DNA of 63,906 nt, taken from positions 11,215,477 through 11,279,382 of the forward strand of contig CM119263.1 in assembly GCA_051294375.1 (NCBI GenBank), written 5' to 3'. This stretch comes from Paraspadella gotoi. Lineage: Eukaryota; Animalia; Chaetognatha. The notes beneath the pieces are model-generated. The model was not told the DNA's origin and made no database searches. It saw only the letters and a list, made by a program, of their open reading frames with translations. This document shows positions 26,801 to 39,871 of the stretch, one piece after another; the stretch's first letter is position 1, and each line of letters starts with the position of its first letter. A program made the translations under genes and the position numbers.

Positions 26801-27824
26801 GGTGCCGAGGAAATCTTCATCCTAGTATATATACGGATGAATAAATAAGTTTTCAACTTATTATCTTTATTATTTTCAATGTCTGCGTATATACGTATAC
26901 TATATATATGTATGACAGAAATTCTAGTTGTTAACAGTTGTTGTCGTCGTTTGCTGTCGTTTTCGCACCCGGTTGGCGATGATCTTCATGTCTGCAAAGG
27001 TAAGACCCTCGGGTAGATGACGGTGAACGCAGTTTTTTGACGGCGTATTCCAGATGATAGCGGGTTTTAATTTCTCTTCGCAAAACGCCCCTGACCAATT
27101 ACGAAAACGCACTAATTAAGCGTTAACAACTAAGGTTGTTGATTTTAACATCTACTTAGAATAAAAACAAAAGACAATAGACGACAACGTGACCCACCGA
27201 CGAAACCGGGCGCGCATCTGCAGATGACGAACCTTCTCTTAGCCTCGCAGATGGCATCGTTGCGACAAGGATTGGGACGGCATCCGTCCTGTCTCAGAGA
27301 CGATGCAACACCTACCGACGTCCACTGACAACAATACAATAAAAAACTCTTAAATTCACAATTCCTCGAGAAGTCTATTCACAATGATCGTGACCAATGA
27401 ATAATGATCAGATATTTCGCGTTTGTCAACCCACGCATTGAGGCTACTGTGGCAGCTGCCTCCCTGCTGTCCGTCCTCAGCCTCGTCTCAATGGCTGAGC
27501 AGGCTAAATCATCTCGTTTCAACCGTGCGTACCGGGTTCAATCCCTGGATATCCCGGTTCTGGCTTAGATGTGACGGAGCCGGTCTAAACATGCCAGTGA
27601 CAGGAAGCGGTCACTGAGGGACCGCATCTCCTACGCCAGTTGGTGAGATACCCCGCGACCCTGGTATTACAGGCATTCCTCTCTTGGCCATACTACTCAG
27701 TACTCACATTTCCGAGACGATCGTGAATCCCGATCCCCCAAGACGAAGATGACGATGGTAAATGAAGGGATGATTCCATCCTCGACATAAAAATTACAAC
27801 GTAACACCAAGTATTTAACGACAT
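23828..27824 (-). CDS. HYAL: GH56 hyaluronidase/chondroitinase with an N-terminal EGF, five C-terminal EGFs, a TM helix and a cytoplasmic tail, ~747 aa; exons 27824-27708, 27324-27198, 27090-26969, 26821-26717, 26483-26416, 26283-26145, 25996-25826, 25630-25393, 25129-24802, 24734-24096, 24017-23828
   Basis: GH56 motifs IIWNTPS..C, FLGTKIITFYRLGLEPY, GGIPQ, GLVAMDFEAWR (catalytic D-x-E at 26253-26261), KKLRPRAKWGLYKFPECYN, NDDLLW...SDVLFPSTYL, GIVLWGS and YLVDTLGPYL. All 10 introns are GT-AG and in phase. The first exon is the least certain. Confidence 0.92.
27485..27690 (+). mobile_element. Putative tRNA-derived SINE in hyaluronidase intron 1
   Basis: GC-rich island with an A-box-like TGGCTGAGCAGG (27492) and a B-box GGGTTCAATCCC (27534-27545) at tRNA spacing. 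No complete cloverleaf. Confidence 0.5.
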
Positions 27825-30800
27825 TTTTGGGTTCGATCCTTTTTTTTTTTAAACTCGACGAAAATTGTATCAAGATGGGTTTACGTGCCGTTATTGTGAT
27901 GTTATTGAATTACTGAGTTTCAAAAGTCCAACTCGGCAAATTTATGATGTCGGCGAAATGAAAAAAAATTCTTCTAATTCTCCAAAAGGAATTTTTCATA
28001 GAGACATTTAAGTAAAGTAAACCAAGCTTCAATACTTCGAAGTTTTCTTTTGCAAATGCCGATAGCTTGTAATTTGACTGACAAAAAATATTATTTAGTC
28101 TTTCGAAAAAATTATGTTTGTGAAAAGATCAAATTCTGTAGAAAAAATCTCAATAGATCATGATATAGTAAAATGTTTTCTTTCGAATTATCATTACTAT
28201 TACTTCGCTGATAACCCAGTTAACTTCGACCGCGAGTTCCAGGAGCGAGAGAATCCCGAAAAGTCATCACGTTGGTTTTATTATTGCTTGCTGCGACGAC
28301 GACGACGACGACGCTCTGACTCACTGCCTATTCGTCTCGAGAATCCCGTAAAAAAATATACTAATTAAAAGAAAAGACGCTTTACGCGGACTCCCGTGGG
28401 GAAGACGACCAAGAAAGTTGAGGTGAAAAAGTCGAGAATTTCGCTTCCGTGGTTCGTTTCGTTTAGAAAGCGAGTTCACTCTGAACTACCGGCGAGAACA
28501 GTTTTAAAAGTCGGTTAAAATTAAAGCGAATTTTAAACTCGAAAACAAAACTATACTGAACAAATTAAATTATTCTTTAATTAATTATTTAAATTGTTTC
28601 TATCACCTTGAAATCGTTTTTCTCGTCAGGCATGAAGAAAGCCGATCTTCTGGAACGTGCGCGCGTGCAAAATCCCATGCGAGATTCTCGCACCAGTTTT
28701 TTTAAAAAAAATTACAGTGAAAGTAGGATTTATCTTTCAGCCAAATTTTATAAAACGGAATATGTTAACCCAGAAAAGTTTTTTTTTTAGTTAAGTTATA
28801 TTTGATTTTAAGGATTATCATTGATTTAGCCTTTAAGAGAAAATAGATGAATTCGTTTTTGTTTTAACAAAGGTTCGCTGTAGTAGCAATAAGAGAAGAA
28901 AGGATCGAGTTTCTCTTTTACAAAAAAAGAAAGAAAATTTAATCGGTTTTTAATTACTGTTTTGGTTCGCCTATTCGGTCTTGTTTTCTTTTTTTTTCGT
29001 AGATTTATTTATGTTTTTTTAACGAAACCTATAGAGAAGGTGAACAAATGTAAAAAGTACAAACAAGCGCTTCGAGCCAAGAGAATGTGAAATGAATTTG
29101 ATAGTTCGAATAAATTCTTTCGGAAGCCAAAATAAAGTAAAGCCGGGTAGCCGGATGTAATTAAAAGGAAAATGGTAATGATTTTAGGGCCGCAAATGCT
29201 GACCAGATGATCCTCACTCTTTAATTTCCTCGATAGATCGCAGCGGGACATCATTTAAAAAAATTTATCCCGAGAAAAAAATATTTGACTAGATTTCGAG
29301 CAAAACCGGGTACCCGAATTACCTGACATTTTTTTGGTTATTTTTATTATTATATTTGCGGTTCGGTTTTTCGTGTCGCGCAAATGACGTTTGTTAATTT
29401 TTTTAGTGAATTTCTGTCAAACAGGGACGAGTCTGGTTTGGCTTTAATCGTAGGAAAAATCAACGCGTAAAATGTCCAGCTTGAGAGAAAGGGATATTTT
29501 TATATTCTGCTGTGCAACGTGGATTTGGTGCATGTCTTTTTTTAAAAATGAACTTGGTGAAAATAATGCAGAGTCAGTGAATCCTAAAAGTAGAATGTTT
29601 ACAGTTATTTTATTTGTTTCTTATAGAAATTTGAAAGAAAGATGATAAGTGACGCAAACAAATGATTTCATAAAAAAATCAGAAAGCTGCCGCGCAACTT
29701 CCGAGTGAAAACAAAACGGCCGACTACGATAAAGAGATTTCCCGTCGCCAAAATCTTGTGTCTATAATTAATTTGATCAAAAGTCGTGATTTTCTTTTGG
29801 CCGAAATCTTGAAAGACGGAAAGACAAGTCACAATTCATTTCCCCCCCAAAAAAAGAAATGGAAAGTTAAATCTGTCTGTTATGTTTAACTATATTTAAA
29901 AAACAAAAAGGCGACGACGATTGTAATGAAAAAAAAAACCGATATCAGATATAAAGATAATTATTACAATTGTAAAAATAATAATAAAAAATAATAGCTG
30001 GATTATGGCAATAGATTAGGTTAGTGATTGAGCTGAGGGATTAGGTTTAGGCTTAAGGTTGAGGGTTAAAAATTATTTTAAGGTCAGGTTAATGGATAAA
30101 GTTAGGTTTAGGGATTGGGGTTTGGTTTTAAGGTTATAAATTGATTCATCAGTTGATGTCTAAATTCAATTTTATAAAAAAACCGCCCAGTTTTTCATAA
30201 AGACAAGTTTTCCTAATGGTTTTCTTAGTAAAACAGAACTTTCATCCTGGGAAATAACTTCAAGCGAAGTTGCAGCACGTAAATAAACCGTTTCCTGTCC
30301 TCAAACAGGATTGAACTAGCCTTACCCAGTTTTTATTTGGTCTACCAGTTTAGACACAAAACGACAACGCTCATTAGTGGTAATTAAAAAACCACTCAAA
30401 ATAGTAAAAGATGGTAATTTAACTCGTCCCAGCCGATTACCTGAAGGAAAAAAAAAACAATCAAACCGAAAACTGCGTATGAAAAAAGCTTGATTTTTTG
30501 TCTTATAATTTGAGTAGGGACGTCTAAAATTATTCGTTTCTCAATGTTAGCCGTTGGTAGCTTGTAAAGTTTAAACAGTATCCCATATGTTTTATATTTT
30601 TTTAAATCGTCCCCACGGTCTCCTAAAATATAGTTCGACATACTTCGACATTCCCTAATCCTACTTTTGACATCTCGCCTACACTCATTCTTTCGCCACA
30701 GGATTCGAATCAGGTATCGTCACAATCGCAACGGGACAACGGAACTTTATTTTTAAACTTTCGTTAACCGACGCGAGTTGAACGACTCCTTTGGCTTGGT

Positions 30801-31879
30801 CGACCCGGATGTAGCCGGAAGAGTTGGTGAATCGAAAAGGAATATTACAATTTACTTATCTCACGTTATTTCTTCATGGCTTCGATAAAAAAATGAGAAA
30901 AAAATGAAGTTAATTTTAAAAATAGAATGCATTGTATAAATTAATCGATTAATTACTGTATAGAACTAAAACATTACTAATGTAGTGTTAGTCACTATAA
31001 CTACTATCCCACAAACAATACAAGTATCGGTGTCCAATTTTAAAACTAAGGGCCCTCCAAAAACAGGCTCTGCACCCACAAAAAAAAAGATCACTTAAAA
31101 ATGAGCGGATCGGCCCCCAGAACAGTGAGGATGTAGCGAATCCGCGGCAGGAAATCAGGCTCGAGAGTTGACGACCTGGAGGATGCTGAGGAATCGATCG
31201 ACGGAGACAAACGATAACCAAAACAATTGTTAATTCGCCTAAGAATGATTAAGCAATAGTTTTTAATTAGTTGGATGAATTTTTAAAAAAAATGTTATGA
31301 TGCAAAAAGGTAAAACGCTCGTTTTTTGCAGCCTTTGTGTTCCGCTTCTCTATCGATTATTCCCAACAATTTCTCTGAAAAAAGACCGAGGTACAGAACG
31401 ACGGCGGGTAGTCTAGTTTAAAAATGTTTATTTATATATAGGTAGTAACTTTGCCAACTTTTATGATATACTTTTTTCACCAACTTGTAGTTTTTCCACC
31501 CTCACTCTTAATGTGCTTTGGGAGTTGACTACTTTGAATCATTAAAGCCCTCGGAAGACATAACTTATAACATTAGAATTATAGCCCGAATTCCGAAAGA
31601 ACTTAATTGAATTAAGGAGAGACATTACTGCCACAGTTTAACTTCGTCTTCTTTGTAACCTGTAACTTGAACGAACCAAAAGTAATATTTTTTTTCAAAG
31701 CAGTGTTCGTAATTCTTTCAGTATTTAGTAAATCTTAAACTTTTCACTCTTTTGACTGTTACATCTTATGCATTTTTAAAATTCGAGGCCATACTACAGT
31801 CTACACTAGCGGTAGCCGACCAAATTCAAATTTTAATGGGAACAGCATTAAACTAATCCATTATTGGTATTAATTATGT

Positions 31880-32325
31880 GTTAAAATATTTTTTTGCAAA
31901 ATGTTCAGAACCATGAGTAATTCGCTAATTAATATTATTATATTGCTATATAATGTCAAAAAATTTTTTTGTATATTTTAAGTTTTTTTAATTGATTCTG
32001 ATAGAGCTTAAAAAGTTAAGCAAAAATATAATTACAACTTTTTAAAATTTTGATGTTTTATTACTAAAAATTAGTAAAAACTGCTAAAATCATCGGATGA
32101 TGATGAGATGATGATGATTTTTAAGGTTTTTCTCAATTTAAACCCACTTATCATCAAAATATTGAAAAGAAATTATACTTTGTGCAGATAACTTTTCATA
32201 AGCTATTTGAATCTGCTTTTAAAAATAAAAAATTCAAAAAAAAATTTTTGACATTTCCTATCTATAAATAAATATTAAAAAATTAATTACTAATGCTTCT
32301 TGCCATTTTAGAAAATTTTGCTCCA
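31880..32325. mobile_element. Degenerate inverted-repeat (MITE-like) element; internal segment recurs at ~40483-40540
   Basis: gcaaaatgtt...aatgtcaaaaaattttttt pairs with aaaaaaatttttgacatt...aaaattttgc. The segment tctgatagagct.aaaaagtta...attacaactttttaaa is present at both ~31997 and ~40483. Confidence 0.45.
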
Positions 32326-32621
32326 TTGAAAGTTTTCTCAGAATGTATGAAGTTTCATTTGGAAAGGTTCCCAAATCAAAACTTCTGACCCACCCCATTG
32401 ACGAAGTTTGGCTCTATCATCACCCTAACTTTATACCATATACGTATTGTCTAACATGAAATTTAGAAAGATTTTATTTATTAAACGCAAAAATCAATTA
32501 ATAGGTACTTTAATATTTATAACCAAAAATAAAATAACAAATGAACTAGGGCCTATATAATCAGGGATTCACATTTATCGACAGATATGAACGTTGCTGA
32601 CTGTAAAGCGATCTATATCAC

Positions 32622-33956
32622 CTAACGAATCGCCGGATCAACAAGAGTCCTTTTGACGTCGACCATGTTGTTGGGGTTCAGAATCTCGATCCAGTATCCG
32701 TCGGGATCCTGAACGAAAGCTAATCCCTTCATCTTTCCGTCGTTGGGTTTCTTGACGAATGTCACTCCAAGATCTTCGAATCGGGCGCAGGCCTGAGATA
32801 AGAAGGTGAAAATCAATCAATCGATCAAAATTAGGCAATCAATCATCATCAAATAAAAAAGATAAAGATTGAGCGAGTTAACAATATTTTTTGCCCTCGA
32901 ATATGGAATTAATTAATTTTAAACCTTTTAAAGAAAATTGATTATTAACTCTGTTAAATTTTTATTTGTTACGAGATAGTCTCTCGGTTGTTTGATGCCA
33001 TTGTTATTATTGAATTCGTATTTTTGTCGCTTACGAAGTATCCGATTGATCAAGTATTTTAAACGTCGCTCTCTGATTGGTCACTGGTCAGCCCTTATGA
33101 CTGTACCTTACCTAAAGATATAAAAGAAACATGCTTACCTAAAACTAAGAGGATAAGTGACCAAGGATTCGTGACAGTCGAAATAGTCTCCCTTCTACTT
33201 GCTCATGAAATATTTATATACCACAATACAAATTATAAAATTTATACTTCGAATTTCTATAAATGAAAAGCAAGTCAGAATACACTCGCTCGCTCACGGC
33301 GTTACGGTAAAATCCTCAATAAACTCAAAAATTTTGTTACCGAGAACTCCACTTTAATGACTACGAAAAATCGACAGCATTCTCACCGCGTCGACGTCCG
33401 GCACCGAGATTCCGATGTGTCCGAAACCGCGCGGGTCTTTATTGCCGTTGTGATAGGACATGTCTTCGTCCTCTGTTCCCCAATTGTGAGTTAGTTCTAG
33501 AGAAGAAAGTTATCTGTTAAAAATAATTAATTAAATCAATTTCAAGACTTGTTTTAAACATATTGAAATAGGGACTAAGCTTTATTTCATAATTTTCACC
33601 AAAAAAAAGAATATATATCAAACAGAAAAATATTTTAATGATATCTCGCCGGTCGGCTCACCCACAGTGCCACTCTGCTTGAAGAGCCAGCGTATCCTCT
33701 CGTCGTCGGAGGAAGGAATGTCCTCCGCCTTGGCGTAACCGACGAAATAAAGGGAGAACTTCATTGAGGGAAAGTCCATCCGCCGCAGCAGCCGCATCCC
33801 CAGCACTTCGGTGTAGAACCGCAGAGACTTTTTGGGATCCTTGACGCGCAGCATCGTTTGCTGCATCACGAAGTCGGCGGTGGCGGCGCCGGGAGCGACG
33901 GCGGTGGCGGCGGCTACGTCGGTGTCGGACAGCGGACCGGGCGTGGTTGTAGACAT
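32622..33956 (-). CDS. GLO1: Lactoylglutathione lyase (glyoxalase I); exons 33956-33662, 33496-33387, 32792-32622
   Basis: [55 protein letters not shown] and [19 protein letters not shown]. The metal ligands Q/E/H/E are all present. Introns in phase. Confidence 0.97.
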
Positions 33957-34683
33957 AGCGTTGCAGTTATGAGCGGCGATGATGCGAGCTGGACCTGCGA
34001 GAGTGAGTGGGATAGAGCGGTGATTTGGCGATGAGGGACAAGATTTGGAGGTAAAACCAAACGTTGATCGGCGAATTGAATTTCGGCAAAAAACGAGAGA
34101 CGATCCCCTAAAAAACATTATTTGATTTTGAATTTGTTAATATAGAAAGAAGATCCTCGTCGCCCCGGGGATCATGTACTAAAGAACCGGTGTTTTTAGA
34201 TACAAAATAATTTCAGTTAACAAAATCATCTCGTTGCTATCGTTGCACCGCGGGCTCGGAGAGGGTTCATTATTAAAACCTGGGATCCCAGAGTTTGTTG
34301 GCGAGTGTGTTACACCAGAAGCAGTTTACATCGGTTTTTTTTTCAAAGTCGGCTTATCAGTTGTTTCAAAAGTATAGAAGGAAGCAGTACGATCTAAAAA
34401 AAGTTTTAAAACCTGACGCTAGATCTACATTTTGAGAGGTTAAATCTCGGAAAACAAAAGGCAAATCAGTTTAACAAATTAACTGGGGGCTTCCTTAATA
34501 ATTATTTGGTAGTTAAATACCATGAAAGGCAAAGTGTGTGCACAGAACGCCTAATTAAAAATTTGCCATAAGTTATAATAATATAAATTAAATAAATTTG
34601 CGTTGAAAAAGAAATTCCGAGCTTTCTGTAAAATTCATTCTTATTCAAAATAGTTTATTAATAATGCAATGGAAACAAGAAAG

Positions 34684-34685
<2 letters not shown>

Positions 34686-34721
<36 letters not shown>

Positions 34722-34761
34722 CTTTCTCTCTCTCTCTTCTCTATCTCTCTCTCTCTCTCTC
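34686..34761. repeat. (TC)n microsatellite
   Basis: Seen directly. Confidence 0.9.
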
Positions 34762-35291
34762 TTCCAAAGATTACTCTCTCTTTTGGCTGCGATCTCGTGT
34801 TTAGATTTTTATCTCGGCTTCTTCCCTTTTTTTTCTATCAACTCTCCTTTATTTTTATTTCCCTCGTCGTCCCAACCGAAAAATTAAAAGAAAATCAGAG
34901 ACAGAAAAAGGCAGAACCACAGAAACAATTTGTCGCTTGAGAACCACGTTTTTGCCTTCGTCTTTGTAATTTATTTTTCGTTACTTAGATTCTCTGTGAT
35001 CGTGGTCTTTATTTTCGTCGTCGTCGTTAAAATTGTCCCGGTTTGAACGGTCGTCGTCGTACTTCGCCGTCGTTTGTTGCGAGAGGTCTAGTCGTCATCG
35101 TCGTCGTCGTCGTCGTTGTCGTCATCGATGTTTTCTTCTGACTCATGTCGAGTTTTTGGAAGAGAGGATGGAACTTTTCTCTTTCTGCAGATGACAGAAG
35201 GATCGACCAATGGCAACGGCGACGGTTTTTTTTTTAAGTTTTCGACAAAAACTGACACGATGTCAAACCGGTTTGAAACAGAGAAAAAGCA

Positions 35292-35308
35292 CGAGAGAGA
35301 GAGAGAGA

Positions 35309-35341
<33 letters not shown>
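35292..35341. repeat. (GA)n microsatellite
   Basis: Seen directly. Confidence 0.9.
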
Positions 35342-37748
35342 TTGCAAACAGGTTATTGATTTGTTTTTTCCCAACTCACGCTTATCAATTCCTAATGCTG
35401 CATCAGCTGACGAGGAAGACATTGAACAGTCAATAATAACGCCCCTCGAAAAAAACGGGGAAAAAAAAATTATTTGATAAAAGTAACAAAATTAAAAATA
35501 TTCGTCATAAAAAGTTTTTATTTAAATCTGCGACTGAAATTTAATCATCTTGAATTTTTTTTGTGGTCGAATTACTTTTGACTGACAGTGACTAAGGAGG
35601 CCATGGAAATTCGCTCTATTTTTAAATTTTATCTCCTAACCAAAACGCAGTCAAATTTGTCAGCAATAATGCTCAATTTTTTGTCCTTTTTTCAAAAATA
35701 ATTTAAAGACGTGTTTTAACTCGGGACATTCTATTCACAAATGTAAATCAATTTATTTATTTGTGGTCATGTGACCTTCAAATAGAGAGAGAGAGCGAGA
35801 GGGAGAGAGGGAGAGAGAGAGCGCCTGATTACTTATGCTCCTGGTCACTCGATATTGTTGTCACGTCGGATCCACGGTTATTCTTTGTCACGTGGCGCCC
35901 AAATCTATTCCAATTGGTGTCGTCCAACGACGATCAATATCGCTCGTTTGTTTTTTTATATTTTTTGGTATTATTTACTTGTTTTTCTTTACAAATGCAG
36001 AGTAAAAGGGAGGTCACGAAATCTTCTCGTTAGTTTATTTTTATTATTCCTCACATCTGTAACTGCATCTATTTAGTCTTTAGATTTTTAAATTTTATGG
36101 CTCGTTAATAATCCATTTTTTAAAATTGCAATGCATAATATTGTGTATATTAAACTTTTTATCCCATTGAAAATTATTTTTTTCTGACTGTACCAAAAAA
36201 AGGCTAAAAAAATCCGAGAATGAGCGTAAAAAAAATTAACAAAGGTCCTACTCATCTTCGTACCTGCTGGTTAAAAATTTAAGGATGAAATCGAAATTCT
36301 TTAAAAAACATACAACGAGAACCGACCAAAAGGAAACGAATGTTCTCAACCTAAAGAACCTTATTATATATAAAAAATATTTTGAATGAATGAAAATTGA
36401 ATAATAATAATAATATTTTCCTGAAAACTTTTCAGAATTAGTGTTTCGAGTCTATTTCAGCGCTATTCTTTTCGTCCCCCAGCGAGCGATCGCGAAAACC
36501 ATTTAGGATAAGGATCGCCATTCTCTTCCATTCGTGTGTAACGATCTTTCCTTTTTAATTCCCCCACAATAGTTGACGATCTTTTTCAGAGATGAAGCAT
36601 TCTTCTCCTCACTCAAGATCGACGAATCAATGTTAAAGTTTTGCATAGGACGATGCCTCGCCATTTCAAATCTGTCAACGACCTCAAATTCAAATCGCGA
36701 AAAAGACTCGATCCTGATTCAGTGTCTCTGAATATTGATGTAGGGAGAGGCTGAAATCGACGCAACGAAAATCTAAAATTAAAATTCATCTTTGCAAACC
36801 TAACCAAAATAAAAACCAAAATAAACAAAACAAAGACGAGAAAAAACAAAACAAAACTGTTTCCAAACCAAAGCGCTTTCGAGTCGGAACAAACCAGAGC
36901 GTCACGACATCTTCACGATCGATCGTCTCAACCAAATATAAGACAAAAAACCCTCAACACTTTCCTTTTTTTTTTTAACCCGCGATTCCCAGGCTGTGAT
37001 TTCCCGTTCGATTCTCTCTTTTTCCGCCCCTGAAAACAAATTTCAAGCAAAAATCCAAACTTTCAGTCATGATGGCAACCTTTGCGAAATCAAAAAGATT
37101 CATCGAGCCCAAAGGTAGGGACAGGGGGTCAATAAAAGGGAAGGGGATTGAATAACTTGGACATATTACCCAAGTTAAATGTCGAATTCGGGGTTGGTCA
37201 AACATTAATGGCAATAACAAACAAATCACTGGAAAAAATTCTCAAAAATTCTTTCGTCCAAAATGAGAAAAACTATTTTGATAAATAGTTTTGGCTGCAA
37301 AGTAAACAACACGAAAACGTTTTTTTTTACAATTGTGGCCTTTTCGAAAAATAAATCAAAGAAGGAATCTAAGTTTTTGTTTCATCTCCTTAAACTCTCT
37401 TCAACTCTCTCCGGTGCTAAAAGGGTTTTTTTTACCAAAAAAATGATCTATTTTTGAGATCAGTCATGCTATATAATATTAACATGCTTTTGACCCTCTT
37501 GCAGTTTCAAAGTTCACACGGCGTCCTTGTTTGCTTTCTATCCCTTTGCTTTAAATAAAACGTTTTTATTACCAACTGCAAATTCCAAAAGACAAGTCGG
37601 ATCACGTCCGAGCCAAGGCCGAATCACAAACAAAGAAGAAAAATGAGGCTCTGTCCGGTCTTTGTTTCACGGTCGAATTCACTGTCGGTCGCTTGTCACG
37701 AAACAAATCGCAAAAATTCGTCGGTAGAGAATTCTGGCTTCTCTTTAT

Positions 37749-37751
<3 letters not shown>

Positions 37752-37787
<36 letters not shown>
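37752..37787. repeat. (GA)n microsatellite
   Basis: Seen directly. Confidence 0.9.
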
Positions 37788-37792
<5 letters not shown>

Positions 37793-39499
37793 GGATGTTT
37801 TCTTTTACTCTGTTCACGTGACTGATTGACCACGCACGAATGCTTTGAGACGGAGACCGATGGAAAAAAGTTCAATCGCGCATAGATGATATTTCGTTCA
37901 CGTACCAAATAATTGAAGCGACTTAAAAGTCGCCTCATAATAATATAAATAACTCGAAACTCATGGAATGCGTCGTAACCGCATCGCAAACATCGATTTT
38001 TTTTCTTTTTCGAATTTCAGTTAAAAAAAAAACCAAAAAAAACTCCGAAGTTTCCAATTTTGCCCCCATTTACTTTCCCATTTCCCCCCCCCATTTTTTT
38101 AGCAATCACTCTACCATTTTTCCGACTTTAGCTTTCAAGAAAATCCGGAATTTCCATTTGAATAAGATGGTTCCTGGGGTGAGCGATACTCTAAAGTAAA
38201 AAGCCTTTCCATGAAGACCAAATTAGTAAAATTTCCGTGCGGTACACGATAAGGAAGAAGGATGTTTTCCGACTATGGTGGCCATTTAAGGATCTCGTGA
38301 CGGTCCATCGGACTTACCCTAACCTACCCGGCCCGCGCAGTTCGACCATTTTGGGTTAAGGTCTTTGCCGCAAAAACAGACCCTATATTAATTTTTCCAA
38401 TTTTATTTTCTGCGCAGGGAAGGAAAGAGCCGCAGCCACTGAGCTCTTACTCCCGATTTCTCGATAATGGTTCTACCATTGAACCATGACCCATGGCCCC
38501 TCTTCTCCCATTCGTATCTCGACTAAGCCGCGTGCAATCGTCCCTTGGCTCTCAGCTTCGCGTTATTTCAATGTTACTGTTTTCGACTTTACTTTCCTTC
38601 CTTTCCCATGACCGTCTCAAGTCAAATGGCAAAGTACAAATTTCTGTCCTTGTCTTCATCCCCTTTTTACTTTTATCTTTTCTATCTCTCCTTTTAGTTA
38701 TACTCTGTTTTAATATACTTCGTGTCCTTGCTTTGATAAATATTATTTTTTACTTATTTGCTATCCCCATAAATCTGTGGACGAACTTCTTTTCTTTTTG
38801 CTCCAGTATACCACTATTGGTATAGCCCGTCTGTCTGTATTTACCATACAAGCTCTCCATCCACCGACTTATATCCTCCAGAAATAATTCCCTCAGGCGC
38901 TCTCTCTATCCCTTCATCCCTTTTTCGATTCCATCTCCACGAAACGCGAGAAAAATCGAATTCTGTCACCTGAAATCGAGGACGCAAAAGAATTGAGTTC
39001 CTGGTTTCGCCGCTGGGTGCGCTTCTGAATTCACGCTTCCACTTTTCGCCCCCTGGCCCACATGTCGTTCTCAATTTACAAAAAAATATTGATTCTACTC
39101 TTGACATATTTTTGCGCTTTCCGACTCTAACAAAATTGTTATTCATTTTTATTATTATTCTTTTCTTTACACTTCTTGTGCTACTCTCTTTTGCCCTTTC
39201 TACATGTGTACCATCTTGGAAAATGAATAAGTCGCCGAAACCTTTTCTAGTTTCAGTAACTTTTACAACTTTTGATTTAAAGACCGAAAAAAAAAATAAA
39301 TAGCTGAGCTTTTTTGATTCAAATGAGCTTATTTTGACCGTAACATGATTAGCAATACCAGAGTGAGGAATAAAAGAAAAGAGGTGTATGAAAACATTAA
39401 TTATTAGCCAAAAATTAGTCCAAAGTTTAGGCGACTTATTGATTTTTTAAGATGGTATATATACAAATCAAACCACTAGAAGAATTTTTTAAAATATCT

Positions 39500-39512
39500 T
39501 TCTCTCTCTTTC

Positions 39513-39564
<52 letters not shown>
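39500..39564. repeat. (TC)n microsatellite
   Basis: Seen directly. Confidence 0.9.
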
Positions 39565-39568
<4 letters not shown>

Positions 39569-39871
39569 CCTCCTGTATTATCAGTTATTAAATACTGAAA
39601 AGGTTGTCCTTTTAGAAGTTACCGACTTTTTGGCAATGACGATGAGAAACTTTCTTTTTTTGGAAGACAATAGACTACGACATAAATTTTTGGCATCGAA
39701 TTTTTGTTAAAGATCTTTTGTTTGCTCGTAATATTTTTTCATTCTCAGGAAATTTCTTTCACGATTTTTTGCTTCTTTTGTTTTCACGAATTTCTAAAAT
39801 TAAATCAAAAAGGATTTTTGTTTTTTTGTTCTCGATAAGAAGAACTGAATGAAATTTCCGCAGATTGTAAA

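Noticed and set aside
27485-27550. Functional tRNA gene
   Set aside because: A and B boxes are present but I could not fold acceptor and anticodon stems; treated as a SINE head.
33957-34118. N-terminal extension of GLO1 in the ORF track
   Set aside because: No homology is visible before MSTTTPG. It may be 5' UTR; a targeting peptide cannot be supported without transcript data.
35760-37825. E-box/CLEAR-like motifs (gtcatgtgac, gtcacgtg, tcacgtgac)
   Set aside because: Short motifs not tied to a defined TSS or a lysosomal gene.
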